A DNA stretch of 64,000 bases, taken from IMG/VR virus record IMGVR_UViG_3300026274_000001. One strand, 5' to 3'. This stretch comes from a virus. Lineage: Duplodnaviria; Caudoviricetes. The notes under the pieces are model-generated. The model made no database searches. It saw only the letters and a program-made list of their open reading frames with translations, and had not been told where the DNA came from. Within the stretch, counting starts at the first letter, position 1; every line of letters starts with the position of its first letter. Of the stretch, positions 1 through 9,778 are shown piece by piece. The position numbers and the translations under genes were made by a program.

Positions 1-41
1 CGGAATAATCCGGCACTCTTCTCAGAAGAATAAGAAGAAGA

Positions 42-1571
42 ATGACAGTCATTTTGAGAATCGAGGACGAGGTCAACGTTAAATTCATTGACCTCGACCC
101 CCACACGCGACGCAAGGTCGTAGAAGCACTGAAATACTTTATACCGCAAGCACGTCACACACCAGCATATAAGCTTGGTCGTTGGGACGGCACGACTAGC
201 TTCGCTACCGTCGGCGGAGCCACTTACTTTAATCTACTTGATCGAGTCCTGCCTATTTTGGCTGAGAACGGTTATGACTTGGAGCGCGATCTTGAAATTC
301 AAGATATGCGTCAAGTATGGGATTTCAAGTTTGATGAAATTGACGAAGAAGTCGTAGCTGACCGTGTATGGCCCAAAGGTCACCCAGCTGAAGGTGAACC
401 AATCATGCTTCGAGAATATCAAGCTGATGCCATCAACACATTTCTGAAGAACTTACAAAGTATTCAAATCCTGCCAACTGGTAGTGGTAAGACACTTACT
501 ACCGCGGTCCTTAGTATCCAAGTAGAGAAATATGGCAGAAGCTTGGTTATCGTTCCAAGTAAAACCTTAGTAGTGCAAACAGAAATTGACTATAAGAATT
601 TAGGTCTTGATGTTGGTGTATACTACGGTGATCGTAAGGAAGTTGGGCATACTCATACCGTTTCAACATGGCAAAGTTTGTTGGCTTTGATTAAGAAAAC
701 CGCAGCCGGAGAGGCTGAGGAATATGATATCTCGGACTTAGTGGATGGCGTTGTATGCGTTATCAACGATGAGGTACATACTGCGAAGTCAGATCAACTC
801 AAGCAGATGCTTACTGGTGCTCTGGCGAATGTTCCAATCCGTTGGGGCTTTACCGGTACTATCCCAAAAGATGATATTAGCCAAGTATCAATCTTGGTTG
901 GATTGGGACCTGTAGTCGGGGAATTGAAAGCTAGCACCTTGCAGGATTTGGGTGTGTTGTCACGATGTAAGGTTAACATCGTACAGATGGTTGACGATCA
1001 CGTTGAATATGGTAGCTATGCTGAAGAGCATGACTATTTGGTTAACGATAAGCGTAGATTGGAATGGTTATCGAAGTTTATCGAGAAGACAAACGAAACT
1101 GGTAACACTTTGATTCTAGTTAACAACATTGAATCTGGCAAACAGATTACAAAGTTGATTCCTGATAGCGTGTTTATTAATGGTTCAACCAAGAATGCTG
1201 CCCGCTTTGAACAGTTTGATGAAGTAAACGAAGCAAGTAACAAAATTCTAATTGCCACCTATGGTATTGCGGCAGTTGGTTTGAACATTCCACGTATTTT
1301 CAACTTGGTACTGTTTGAGCCTGGTAAGAGTTTTGTACGTGTGATCCAGAGTATTGGTCGTGGTATTCGTGTAGCTAAAGACAAAGACTACGTGGACATT
1401 TATGATATTACCAGTACATTAAAGTATAGTACACGACATCTTGCAGCTAGAAAGACCTTTTATAAAGATGCGGAATATCCATTCGAAACATTCAAGGTTG
1501 ACTACTTGAAAGACATAGCAGGTTCGTCATTGGAATTGGCTAGCAAAAAAACAACTAAGAAGAAGAAATGA
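42..1571 (+). CDS. uvsW: UvsW-like SF2 DNA helicase
   Basis: Walker A LPTGSGKT, DExH (NDEVH), FTGT motif III, QSIGRGIR motif VI; T4-like replication context. Confidence 0.85.
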   Translation: MTVILRIEDEVNVKFIDLDPHTRRKVVEALKYFIPQARHTPAYKLGRWDGTTSFATVGGATYFNLLDRVLPILAENGYDLERDLEIQDMRQVWDFKFDEIDEEVVADRVWPKGHPAEGEPIMLREYQADAINTFLKNLQSIQILPTGSGKTLTTAVLSIQVEKYGRSLVIVPSKTLVVQTEIDYKNLGLDVGVYYGDRKEVGHTHTVSTWQSLLALIKKTAAGEAEEYDISDLVDGVVCVINDEVHTAKSDQLKQMLTGALANVPIRWGFTGTIPKDDISQVSILVGLGPVVGELKASTLQDLGVLSRCKVNIVQMVDDHVEYGSYAEEHDYLVNDKRRLEWLSKFIEKTNETGNTLILVNNIESGKQITKLIPDSVFINGSTKNAARFEQFDEVNEASNKILIATYGIAAVGLNIPRIFNLVLFEPGKSFVRVIQSIGRGIRVAKDKDYVDIYDITSTLKYSTRHLAARKTFYKDAEYPFETFKVDYLKDIAGSSLELASKKTTKKKK

Positions 1572-2068
1572 AAATATTATTGCCAGAAAACCATTCGTTT
1601 GACATGAACGACATTCCCGACGAAGTGGATGACCTACGCTACTGTGTTCTTGACTATAGCAACCAACAAGATGTGGACTTTTTCTTTATGCCACTTATCT
1701 TCTTGGATAACTTCCCACGACCAGCAGCAGACTTGCAGTTAGGCCCATACCGTGTACAAATGCCACTTGATTGGTCAATCATGATCGTAGACAAGATAAG
1801 CGGTGCTATGGAAATTTTGGAACTGAAGAATATCAATGATCGTGAATTTACGGCGTTTGCCATGAATCCAATTAATGGTTACATGCCACACTTCCTAGAT
1901 ATCACCATCCTAAATATTTACCCAGATGTAAACTGGTATTTCCCCAAGCTGAAGTATGGTCATATATTGGCCGTACCTCTTGAAGATGGAGATTCACCAC
2001 TGTGTGTGTTTTTCGTAAAAGACACCAATAAGCTCCCAGAAGTTTTAGACATTACTAAGATATTCTAA
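1568..2068 (+). CDS. hypothetical protein
   Basis: 166-aa ORF, ATGA overlap with uvsW stop. Confidence 0.75.
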   Translation: MKILLPENHSFDMNDIPDEVDDLRYCVLDYSNQQDVDFFFMPLIFLDNFPRPAADLQLGPYRVQMPLDWSIMIVDKISGAMEILELKNINDREFTAFAMNPINGYMPHFLDITILNIYPDVNWYFPKLKYGHILAVPLEDGDSPLCVFFVKDTNKLPEVLDITKIF

Positions 2069-2207
2069 AAAGAGGAAACCCCGAAGAAAGACACCTCTCT
2101 TCGGGGTAACCAACCTGTGCGTTTGGGGAGACTCAGGTAAAAATCATGGGACATATTGTTGTCCACTACAAAAATATTTATCATAAATCTCAAAAGAGAT
2201 AGGGTTA

Positions 2208-2738
2208 ATGAGCGAAACACCAAAACTAGATATTTTCGACGAGATGGCGCAAGCTGACCTGCGCAACAAGGATTTCTATGCCAATCTCGATCCGGATTTA
2301 CAAAAACAATTTTCACCCATTGTAGCAATGCGTTGGTTGAGTGCAGTGCAAGACAGTTCAGTAATGAAAGACTGGTATCTCATCATGGTAAATGACGTGG
2401 TGAATTGGCACTTTTGGGAAATACGAGATCACCCAGAACTGCAATGGAAGCTTATGGCCGCCGCCGGATGTGGTCAGAAGCAGAGACATGCTTGGATCCC
2501 CATGGCGAAGCGGAAAAAGATCGGCAAGATAGCCGAATACATGCTGCGTTGGTACCCAAGTTACAATGACCAAGAACTAGCAATTATTATGGCAGGGATG
2601 GATAGAGATGGATTCGAGCAGTTTGTTAAATCAACCGGCGCAGACGATAAAGAGCTCAAAGAGCTCCTCAAAGACTACGACACCGAAAACGGAACGAGTG
2701 CCCCGAAAAAAGCCAGTAAAAAGCGAAAAGCCGATTAA
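2208..2738 (+). CDS. probable clamp-loader small subunit (T4 gp62-like)
   Basis: HPELQWKLMAAAGCGQKQRHAWIPMAKRK resembles the gp62 segment ([21 protein letters not shown]); similar size. Confidence 0.5.
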   Translation: MSETPKLDIFDEMAQADLRNKDFYANLDPDLQKQFSPIVAMRWLSAVQDSSVMKDWYLIMVNDVVNWHFWEIRDHPELQWKLMAAAGCGQKQRHAWIPMAKRKKIGKIAEYMLRWYPSYNDQELAIIMAGMDRDGFEQFVKSTGADDKELKELLKDYDTENGTSAPKKASKKRKAD

Positions 2739-3408
2739 ATTTGAATGTGAGTTTTGTAAAAAATCATTCTCACGTGAAAGTACATTGGCTGTTCATCTTT
2801 GCACCAGTAAGCAACGTTGGTTGAGTAGAGATGAAAAGAATGTGAAAGTCGGGTTTATGGTCTACAAGAAGTTCTATGATCTAAACTATCGAAATGCGAA
2901 ACCACGCACGTATGATGACTTTATGAAAAGCTCACATTACACGGCATTCGTAAAGTTTGGCAAGTACATGATGGATATCAATGCAATCAATCCTGAGTCG
3001 TTTATTGAGTTCTTGCTAAAAGCACAAGTACCGTTGAAAAACTGGGAAATGGCATTTGTATATGAACAATATATTCGTGAACTGAATAAGCGTGAGCCCG
3101 CAGATTCTGCTTTTGAACGAAATGTGTTACTGATGGAACAATGGGCTCGAGATAGTGATGCTGAGTGGACTGACTTCTTTAAGAAAGTGAACACCAATAT
3201 TGCAACAAAGTGGATTATTGGTGGACGAGTAAGTCCTTGGGTATTGTATGCCGCAAGCACCTCGCAAAATCTATTCGAACGGCTTAGTGATGAACAATTG
3301 AAGATGATTGAGCAAAGTGTTGATCCACGCTTTTGGACTCGAAAGTTTGAACAACAGCCTGATGACTTTAAGTTTATCAAGGAACTATTAAGGGAAGTAG
3401 GAATATGA
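2698..3408 (+). CDS. protein with N-terminal C2H2/C2HC-type zinc finger
   Basis: FECEFCKKSFSRESTLAVHLC; GTG start at 2698 inferred (track start 2608 overlaps upstream gene heavily). Confidence 0.7.
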   Translation: MPRKKPVKSEKPIKFECEFCKKSFSRESTLAVHLCTSKQRWLSRDEKNVKVGFMVYKKFYDLNYRNAKPRTYDDFMKSSHYTAFVKFGKYMMDINAINPESFIEFLLKAQVPLKNWEMAFVYEQYIRELNKREPADSAFERNVLLMEQWARDSDAEWTDFFKKVNTNIATKWIIGGRVSPWVLYAASTSQNLFERLSDEQLKMIEQSVDPRFWTRKFEQQPDDFKFIKELLREVGI

Positions 3409-3728
3409 TAACGGCCGATCAACGAGCCAGAATGTATGGTCCAAGTACTGATGCACCACCCAAGCCCCTCGTGGATGTAAACAATCCATTAGGATTAGCC
3501 ATGGAGCCAGCTGGTAAATCGATTACTCTGAAGATCAAAGATATGACACTCATCGCCGCATCGGCGATGCACGTTGCTGAAGTGGAAAAAGAAGTAGAAA
3601 AACTGCAACGAATAATCAAGAATCTTGAAAGTACTCACCGGAAATTAGTGAATTCATACAACCGACTAGCCATGAATGTTCGTAATTTGGAACTAGAATT
3701 GGCCAATAAAGTGGATAAAATATTCTGA
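3405..3728 (+). CDS. hypothetical coiled-coil protein
   Basis: heptad-like C-terminal half; ATGA overlap. Confidence 0.7.
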   Translation: MITADQRARMYGPSTDAPPKPLVDVNNPLGLAMEPAGKSITLKIKDMTLIAASAMHVAEVEKEVEKLQRIIKNLESTHRKLVNSYNRLAMNVRNLELELANKVDKIF

Positions 3729-4204
3729 TGGCAACTTCTTGTATCATTATCGATCATACCCTACAGTCTCGCCAATCCTTGTTTTTCAAACAAGTAGATT
3801 TTGATGCGATGCTTAAAGCTTGGGACAATGAAGACACTTTGTTGATTGAGTTATCCAATGCTATTGACATGTTTTCTGGTAGAACCTCATGGGGTAAATT
3901 AGATCCGTTGCATTGGCAATTTATCGTTACTACCAGTATTCGTGCGGTCTCAGAATTGTCCCATAAGGAACAGGAAGATCCCACAAATGAAGTAGTTCGC
4001 AGTTTGCATTTGATGATTATGGGATTTGTTCTTTGTCTAGAACAACGATGTGGCTATGCTACTATAGAAGCGTTAAAGATAACCAGATTGGCAGAACTCG
4101 ACTGTTCCTTTGACTTCAGTATTAGTATGGCGACCGTACGGGTAGCCGAAGAAAAACCAAAGCCAACATTCTCAGTGATTGTTGACAATACCGATAAAAA
4201 ATAA
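3728..4204 (+). CDS. hypothetical protein
   Basis: 158-aa ORF coupled to neighbours. Confidence 0.7.
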   Translation: MATSCIIIDHTLQSRQSLFFKQVDFDAMLKAWDNEDTLLIELSNAIDMFSGRTSWGKLDPLHWQFIVTTSIRAVSELSHKEQEDPTNEVVRSLHLMIMGFVLCLEQRCGYATIEALKITRLAELDCSFDFSISMATVRVAEEKPKPTFSVIVDNTDKK

Positions 4205-4205
4205 A

Positions 4206-4814
4206 ATGAGTGGTCAGACAGATATTGACATGGATTTTGCTGATCGCAACGAAGCGCTCAAACATTTGCTCCATATTCCAGCTTCAATGCATGGTCGTGA
4301 TGGGAACTACGTTAGGCACAATTCTGGCGTTTATTTTCAGAATATTCCAATTAACCCCTTTACTCAATTGGCTAGTATCCCATACGAAGAAGCGGATCAA
4401 CTTGGTTACTTTAAGTTGGACTTTTTGAACAACAGCATCTACGCCCATGTTCGAGATGGTGCACATCTTGATGAATTACTTGCTCGAGAACCAGAGTGGT
4501 CATTACTTGACGATCCTGAGTTTGTGGAAATGCTGGCTCATATCCATAATCACTTTATTGTGGTGGATACAATTAAACCCAAAAATGTTACTGATTTGGC
4601 TGTCTGTTTGGCGCTAATTCGTCCAGCAAAGAAACATCTACTAAATAAAAGTAGAGCAGAGATTGACAACAACATCTGGGTTCCACCCACCGATGATACG
4701 TACTGGTTTAAGAAAGGGCATGCCCTTTCTTATGCACTTTCAATCACTGTTCAGATGAACCTAATCGTAGAGCAGGTACTAAGCAGTGGAAACGACGACG
4801 CAGCCCCGCTTTAA
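4206..4814 (+). CDS. stand-alone minimal DnaE/PolIII-alpha-like catalytic domain
   Basis: DIDMDF (DxD), HNSGVY, GYFKLDFL (third Asp) and FKKGHALSYA appear in DnaE order. Confidence 0.75.
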   Translation: MSGQTDIDMDFADRNEALKHLLHIPASMHGRDGNYVRHNSGVYFQNIPINPFTQLASIPYEEADQLGYFKLDFLNNSIYAHVRDGAHLDELLAREPEWSLLDDPEFVEMLAHIHNHFIVVDTIKPKNVTDLAVCLALIRPAKKHLLNKSRAEIDNNIWVPPTDDTYWFKKGHALSYALSITVQMNLIVEQVLSSGNDDAAPL

Positions 4815-5217
4815 CACAAATCTATGTGTCACAAACAAGGTTGGCAAAACAAAGCCACATCTTGGTGTGGAAATAATGAGCAATGGTGGTGTTCTATACA
4901 CTATCTTTTTGTTCGAAATTTACGATCACGAAATGAATCTCAACTCTGGTAGATTCGTAAATTTTAATCAAGCTACAAAAGACTATCAAGCTTCATGTGT
5001 GGCTGAATCAACTAATAGAACCATTTTTGCTGGTCTGGAATTTGAATCTATTGGGCATTTGGTTCAGAAACAAGTGGAATGGTGTGCCGAGACCACATTC
5101 AGGGATCCTAGCCACTGGAACTTATCATTAGATCCACATCATGTTAGCAAGATTGGTATCAATTTCTTCTTTGACGACGTAACTACTGCCGTAACATTTA
5201 AACTACTCTGGTCATGA
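4786..5217 (+). CDS. FKLxW-family protein (dispersed copy)
   Basis: C-terminus FFFDDVTTAVTFKLLWS; start uncertain. Confidence 0.7.
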   Translation: METTTQPRFNTNLCVTNKVGKTKPHLGVEIMSNGGVLYTIFLFEIYDHEMNLNSGRFVNFNQATKDYQASCVAESTNRTIFAGLEFESIGHLVQKQVEWCAETTFRDPSHWNLSLDPHHVSKIGINFFFDDVTTAVTFKLLWS

Positions 5218-5456
5218 GTAGGTTGCTGTGGGGCACGGCTCACAATCCTCCCTTCAATACCTTACTAGTTAAGGTATCACCCAAAAATCCCGTAACGTTG
5301 AAAGAAGTGGCATATATGTATGCCTGGTGTAATTTGAATTCCACAAGATGGAATTTGCGAGTTGAAACTTCAAATGATAAGAAATTTGAAGTAACGTTCG
5401 CGTTTGATGATGAAGTAGAAGCCCTAGCCTTCAAACTTACTTGGGCCTTCAACTAA
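5214..5456 (+). CDS. FKLxW-family protein (dispersed copy)
   Basis: C-terminus FAFDDEVEALAFKLTWAFN. Confidence 0.75.
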   Translation: MSRLLWGTAHNPPFNTLLVKVSPKNPVTLKEVAYMYAWCNLNSTRWNLRVETSNDKKFEVTFAFDDEVEALAFKLTWAFN

Positions 5457-5457
5457 T

Positions 5458-5841
5458 TTATTTGTCGGCTGGAAGGCGTCTAACTAATGTAATTTGGCGC
5501 TTGCGTATGCGACGTGAAATTGTCTCTTGCAAGCTTACCGCATGTCCCGACACTAGGTTAAAATCTTTACGACTGAAGTGGCGTAAATATGGTCGAAAGT
5601 GTAAAAACTGTTCCTTAAAGAATATGTTGATTGGGATTTGGCGATTACTACCCCACCACCATTCTTCACCGTACTTGAGGAACTGCATTCTCAATGCTTC
5701 GTCTGGGATCATATCCAGTACATACATTGACAATAGTGAGTTATCGGAATTCTGTATGATTCCGATATATTCCCGGTCACTGAACAGGCCGTAGCTCAGA
5801 AAGGGAAATGCTTCTAATATTTTCGAGATGTTTTCGTTCAT
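5458..5841 (-). CDS. hypothetical protein (only convincing minus-strand gene)
   Basis: 127-aa ORF filling the gap, GGAG-free but protein-like; overlapping plus-strand ORF looks like a shadow. Confidence 0.7.
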   Translation of the reverse strand: MNENISKILEAFPFLSYGLFSDREYIGIIQNSDNSLLSMYVLDMIPDEALRMQFLKYGEEWWWGSNRQIPINIFFKEQFLHFRPYLRHFSRKDFNLVSGHAVSLQETISRRIRKRQITLVRRLPADK

Positions 5842-5931
5842 GAACAGTTCTTGTTACAAGTGTGTGAGTATTTAGCTCGACAAAATTTAGGAGTCATAGA
5901 TGCCTTCGTCTGACTGTTACGCCCAAGGGTG

Positions 5932-5939
5932 TATAAATA
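5932..5939 (+). promoter_or_regulatory. T4-like late promoter TATAAATA
   Basis: exact T4 late consensus 27 nt upstream of a structural gene; related (A/C/T)TAAATA boxes at 9747, 16914, 17482, 19791, 22306 and 25980. Confidence 0.6.
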
Positions 5940-5965
5940 ATCTATAAAGCGATAAGGGCTGGCTC

Positions 5966-6940
5966 ATGGCAAATGTTAATCTGTACCACTATCCACAAGT
6001 AGTTCAACTTTCTCAACCGGGAGCCATTAGTTCGGCTTCCGTGATGAATCGCAGTGATTTCAGTATCTTCAAAAACGTAGATAACGACGTAGAATTTCTA
6101 GTCAAAACTTATGATAATAAGCCAATTGACCTAACCGGAAAGACTATTACTATTTACGTTGTTGATGCCAGGGATGATGCGTTAAAGATACAAAAAGAGC
6201 TTAGTTACAGCCCAACGATGGCAAAAAAAGGCCATGCGCGTTTGACACTAGTGCTAACCGATATTGCCGAGATAGATCCTGGATACCTCTATTACAGCGT
6301 ATCTGTTACCGATATATCAAATAAAGAAATTCTTTTGTATACTGATCATTCAAGAACAGTACAAGGATTCTTTGAGCTGCAACCCGGTCCACTTCCTGGT
6401 CCACGTAAGGCTATAGTTATTTTACCTGATGACTTTTCACAACAGTCATGGGGTTCTGATACGTCAGTATCCAATTACTTAGTTGCCCAGCCATATCCCG
6501 GCGCTGCCCAAAGTGATAATAGAACAGGTGTTCATACTGTTGCAGTGTACTGCGACAACTACAGCGGCTATTTGAATATACAAGCCAGTTTGGAAAATGC
6601 TCCACCGTCAGCAATGGTGGAATGGTTCAATGTTGATATTGGTAATGAATATCATTATGACTGTGGACGTTGCTTTCCAGTCGATCCAAACTGTCCGCCA
6701 TTACCTAGCTGGATTCCAAGCAATCCGCCAACACCACCAACACCACCAGTGGTACCGTGCCCACCAGGCCCACCGGCACCATGCCATGAGCATCGATTCC
6801 ATCAACCTATATATAAGTTTATATGTTTTACTGGAATTAAGCAGTTTAGTTTTGTAGGCTCTTATATGTGGCTTCAATTTATTTTGAATGCCAGTCCTAT
6901 CAATCACGGTAGCGTTACAAAGATTTTGCTTAAGAATTGA
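5966..6940 (+). CDS. probable virion structural protein with Pro/Cys-rich insert
   Basis: late promoter, beta-rich composition, internal CPPLP...PPTPP...CPPGPPAPCH segment. Confidence 0.6.
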   Translation: MANVNLYHYPQVVQLSQPGAISSASVMNRSDFSIFKNVDNDVEFLVKTYDNKPIDLTGKTITIYVVDARDDALKIQKELSYSPTMAKKGHARLTLVLTDIAEIDPGYLYYSVSVTDISNKEILLYTDHSRTVQGFFELQPGPLPGPRKAIVILPDDFSQQSWGSDTSVSNYLVAQPYPGAAQSDNRTGVHTVAVYCDNYSGYLNIQASLENAPPSAMVEWFNVDIGNEYHYDCGRCFPVDPNCPPLPSWIPSNPPTPPTPPVVPCPPGPPAPCHEHRFHQPIYKFICFTGIKQFSFVGSYMWLQFILNASPINHGSVTKILLKN

Positions 6941-7004
6941 CGGTGTAAATACCAACCCATACAATATGGGAAAGGTACATCGTCAACTATGCAAACAATT
7001 CAAT

Positions 7005-7034
7005 TGATAAAGGCCACATATGTGGCCTTTATCA
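7005..7034. repeat. perfect 30-bp palindrome (bidirectional terminator-like)
   Basis: TGATAAAGGCCACAT|ATGTGGCCTTTATCA. Confidence 0.75.
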
Positions 7035-7062
7035 TCTATACATCACAATCGAGGAGCGTTTA

Positions 7063-8130
7063 ATGGCCTTGCTCGAACTAAGAAATGCACTTATACAGGG
7101 AGGTCATGCCGCAGTTCATGACCCTGAACTTCTAATTAATACGATTAGAAAGAGTATTGTTGGGCCAATTAAGCGCAACAGTAATGGTATCAATATTAAT
7201 TGCCCTATGTGTATCTCAAGAGGTGAAGCTAGACCGGATACCAAATTTAGATGTGGATTACGATTCTTCCCTGGTGGTAGTATCGCTATTAACTGTTTTA
7301 ACTGCCACCTATCTACACGTTGGAGCCCTGGTCTATTGTTGAATGCCAATATTAGATCATTTCTGATTAATCTTGGGATAGACTCTGCCCAAGTTAAGCA
7401 AGTGGTAATGAATGCTTTATGGTTGGCAAGAAATGCCGAAACACAATTTGTATCAGAAAGTCCTATCTTTCTTCCACAATTTCCTGAAGTAAAACTGCCC
7501 GACCGGGCAAAGACGATTTCTGAATGGGCACAAACTGGCGAATCCAGTTTGGACTTCCTAGAAGTCGCACAATATCTCATCTCACGAGGAGATGACGTGT
7601 TTAATGCTAGTGACTATTACTGGACACCAGATATTAAGCATAGTATGAATAGGCGTGTTATCTTGCCATTCATACATAAAGAGAAAATCGTAGGTTACTC
7701 TGGTCGTATTATCGATGAAGGCTTTAAAGGCCCGAAATACTATTCAGATGTACCTGCGCATTACTTGTTTAACAATTCTATGATAGAACGACCACGCAAG
7801 TTTATAATACTTGTGGAAGGCGTGTTCGATGCATTGGCAATAGAAGGTGTGGCCACACAGGGCGCTAAGCTCTCCGAGCAGCAAGCGTATTGGCTAAAAG
7901 AATCAGGCAAACAAATTATTGTGCTCCCCGACCGTGATGCGGCGGGTCAGAAGCTCATCGATCTTGCTTTACAGCATGATTGGATGGTTAGTTTGCCAAT
8001 GTGGGATTCTGGCATTAAGGATGCTAATGATGCAGTTAAGACATACGGCAAATTATATACCGTAAGGACTATCATCGACTCTGCAACTAATAACAAGCTA
8101 AAAATTAACCTAGCTAGAAAAAGATTTTAA
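7063..8130 (+). CDS. DnaG-type primase (T4 gp61-like)
   Basis: Zn ribbon CPMC...CFNC; YSGR; TOPRIM motifs LVEGVFD and DRD. Confidence 0.85.
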   Translation: MALLELRNALIQGGHAAVHDPELLINTIRKSIVGPIKRNSNGININCPMCISRGEARPDTKFRCGLRFFPGGSIAINCFNCHLSTRWSPGLLLNANIRSFLINLGIDSAQVKQVVMNALWLARNAETQFVSESPIFLPQFPEVKLPDRAKTISEWAQTGESSLDFLEVAQYLISRGDDVFNASDYYWTPDIKHSMNRRVILPFIHKEKIVGYSGRIIDEGFKGPKYYSDVPAHYLFNNSMIERPRKFIILVEGVFDALAIEGVATQGAKLSEQQAYWLKESGKQIIVLPDRDAAGQKLIDLALQHDWMVSLPMWDSGIKDANDAVKTYGKLYTVRTIIDSATNNKLKINLARKRF

Positions 8131-8132
8131 GA

Positions 8133-9722
8133 ATGGATAATAAGAAAAAAGAAAAAGACGAGATCAAGAGCTATCCAATTGAAGTACAAGAAAACTATTT
8201 GAACTTTATAATGAGTGATCCGGTTGCATTTACAAGATGCCAAAACATCTTGGATGTGAATCATTGGAGTGATCGACTGAAGCCAGCAATACGGTATATG
8301 TTGAAATTTGCTGACGAATATCGTGCATTGCCAACGCCAGAACAAATCAAAGCGGAAACACACGTAGTCATTACCAAAGTAGATGGGATTCAATCACAAC
8401 ATACTGAATGGTTCTTGAAAGAGATCGAGGGTTTCTGTCGCCATCGTGCCATGGAGAATGTAGTGTTTGATGGTGCTGATTTGATTACAACTGGTCGATA
8501 CTCAGAACTCATTGATCGAGCTAAAGAAGCTATTACTATTTCGCTGCAACGAGATCTAGGTACTGACTATTTTGCTGATCCAAAAGCTCGTATTCAAGCT
8601 GTGCTTGATCGAAGCGACATGATGTCTACTGGGTGGCGCGACTTTGACCAGAAGCTCTACGGTGGGTTTACCAAGGGTGCATTGAACATTTTTGCGGGTG
8701 GTTCTGGATCAGGCAAGTCATTATTCCTCCAAAATTTGGCATTGAACTGGGTGTTCATGGGTCTTGACGTGATCTATATCACATTGGAACTTTCCGAAAA
8801 CTTAGTGGCTGCACGTTTGGATGCAATGGTGGCAAACGTTAGTACCAAGGATGTATTTCGTAAGATTGACGACGTTGATCTGAAAGTGCGTATGCGTGGT
8901 AAGCAATCAGGTGGTAGTTTGACTGTGAAGAAGATGCCAGAAGCAGGTACTTCAGCCAACGTCATTCGTGCATATTTGAAAGAATACGAAATTCAAACAG
9001 GTAAGAAGCCCGGCGCATTGGTAATCGACTATTTGGACTTGATGTATCCAAACAATTCAAAGATTAATCCAAGTGACATGTTTGTTAAAGATAAGTACGT
9101 AGCGGAAGAGATGCGTGCATTGTTTAGCGAATACCACGTGCTTGGTTGTACGGCATCACAGTTGAACAGAGCTTCGGTAGAAGCACATGAATTTGATCAC
9201 AGCCATATTGCTGGTGGTATATCAAAGATTAATACTGCGGATAACGTGTTTGGTATTTTCACATCAGCAGCAATGCGCGAGCGTGGTGAATATCAGATTC
9301 AATTCTTGAAAACACGTTCGTCATCAGCAGTTGGTCAGCGTATTGACTTGAAGTTTGATGTATCGTCTTTGCGTATTACCGACGTTGAAGAAGGCGAACA
9401 AATGATGCAAACTCGTGACTTGCAAAGTATCGGGAAAGACATCAAGGGGCAAATTAAAAATCTTGGTGTGAAGGTTGATATCAAGTCGAATGCGGCAGTC
9501 GATAACGACAAAGATGGTGAGTCAGCTTCCTCACAACGGTTTGCAATTCCGAAACCAAAAGTGGGACAAGAAATTGATAATCCAAACCGGGTAGTACATG
9601 ATCCTCGTAAAGCAGCAGGCGCAGCATCACAGACGCCATCAGTCTCTCAGGAACCACCAAAAGCGTCTGCCGTTCAGGCAAATATGCTGGCGATCCTGAA
9701 ACGAGTGCAGCGTGACAACTGA
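8133..9722 (+). CDS. DnaB-like replicative helicase (T4 gp41-like)
   Basis: GGSGSGKS, ITLELSE, VIDYLDLM, TASQLNR, KTR; low-complexity C-terminal tail. Confidence 0.9.
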   Translation: MDNKKKEKDEIKSYPIEVQENYLNFIMSDPVAFTRCQNILDVNHWSDRLKPAIRYMLKFADEYRALPTPEQIKAETHVVITKVDGIQSQHTEWFLKEIEGFCRHRAMENVVFDGADLITTGRYSELIDRAKEAITISLQRDLGTDYFADPKARIQAVLDRSDMMSTGWRDFDQKLYGGFTKGALNIFAGGSGSGKSLFLQNLALNWVFMGLDVIYITLELSENLVAARLDAMVANVSTKDVFRKIDDVDLKVRMRGKQSGGSLTVKKMPEAGTSANVIRAYLKEYEIQTGKKPGALVIDYLDLMYPNNSKINPSDMFVKDKYVAEEMRALFSEYHVLGCTASQLNRASVEAHEFDHSHIAGGISKINTADNVFGIFTSAAMRERGEYQIQFLKTRSSSAVGQRIDLKFDVSSLRITDVEEGEQMMQTRDLQSIGKDIKGQIKNLGVKVDIKSNAAVDNDKDGESASSQRFAIPKPKVGQEIDNPNRVVHDPRKAAGAASQTPSVSQEPPKASAVQANMLAILKRVQRDN

Positions 9723-9778
9723 TACCATATCATCCGGCGGCGCGAAATAAATAGATACATATTGTGAGAGCCATCATT

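Noticed and set aside
5441-5794. Plus-strand ORF of 117 aa
   Set aside because: Antisense to the better-supported minus-strand gene 5458-5841
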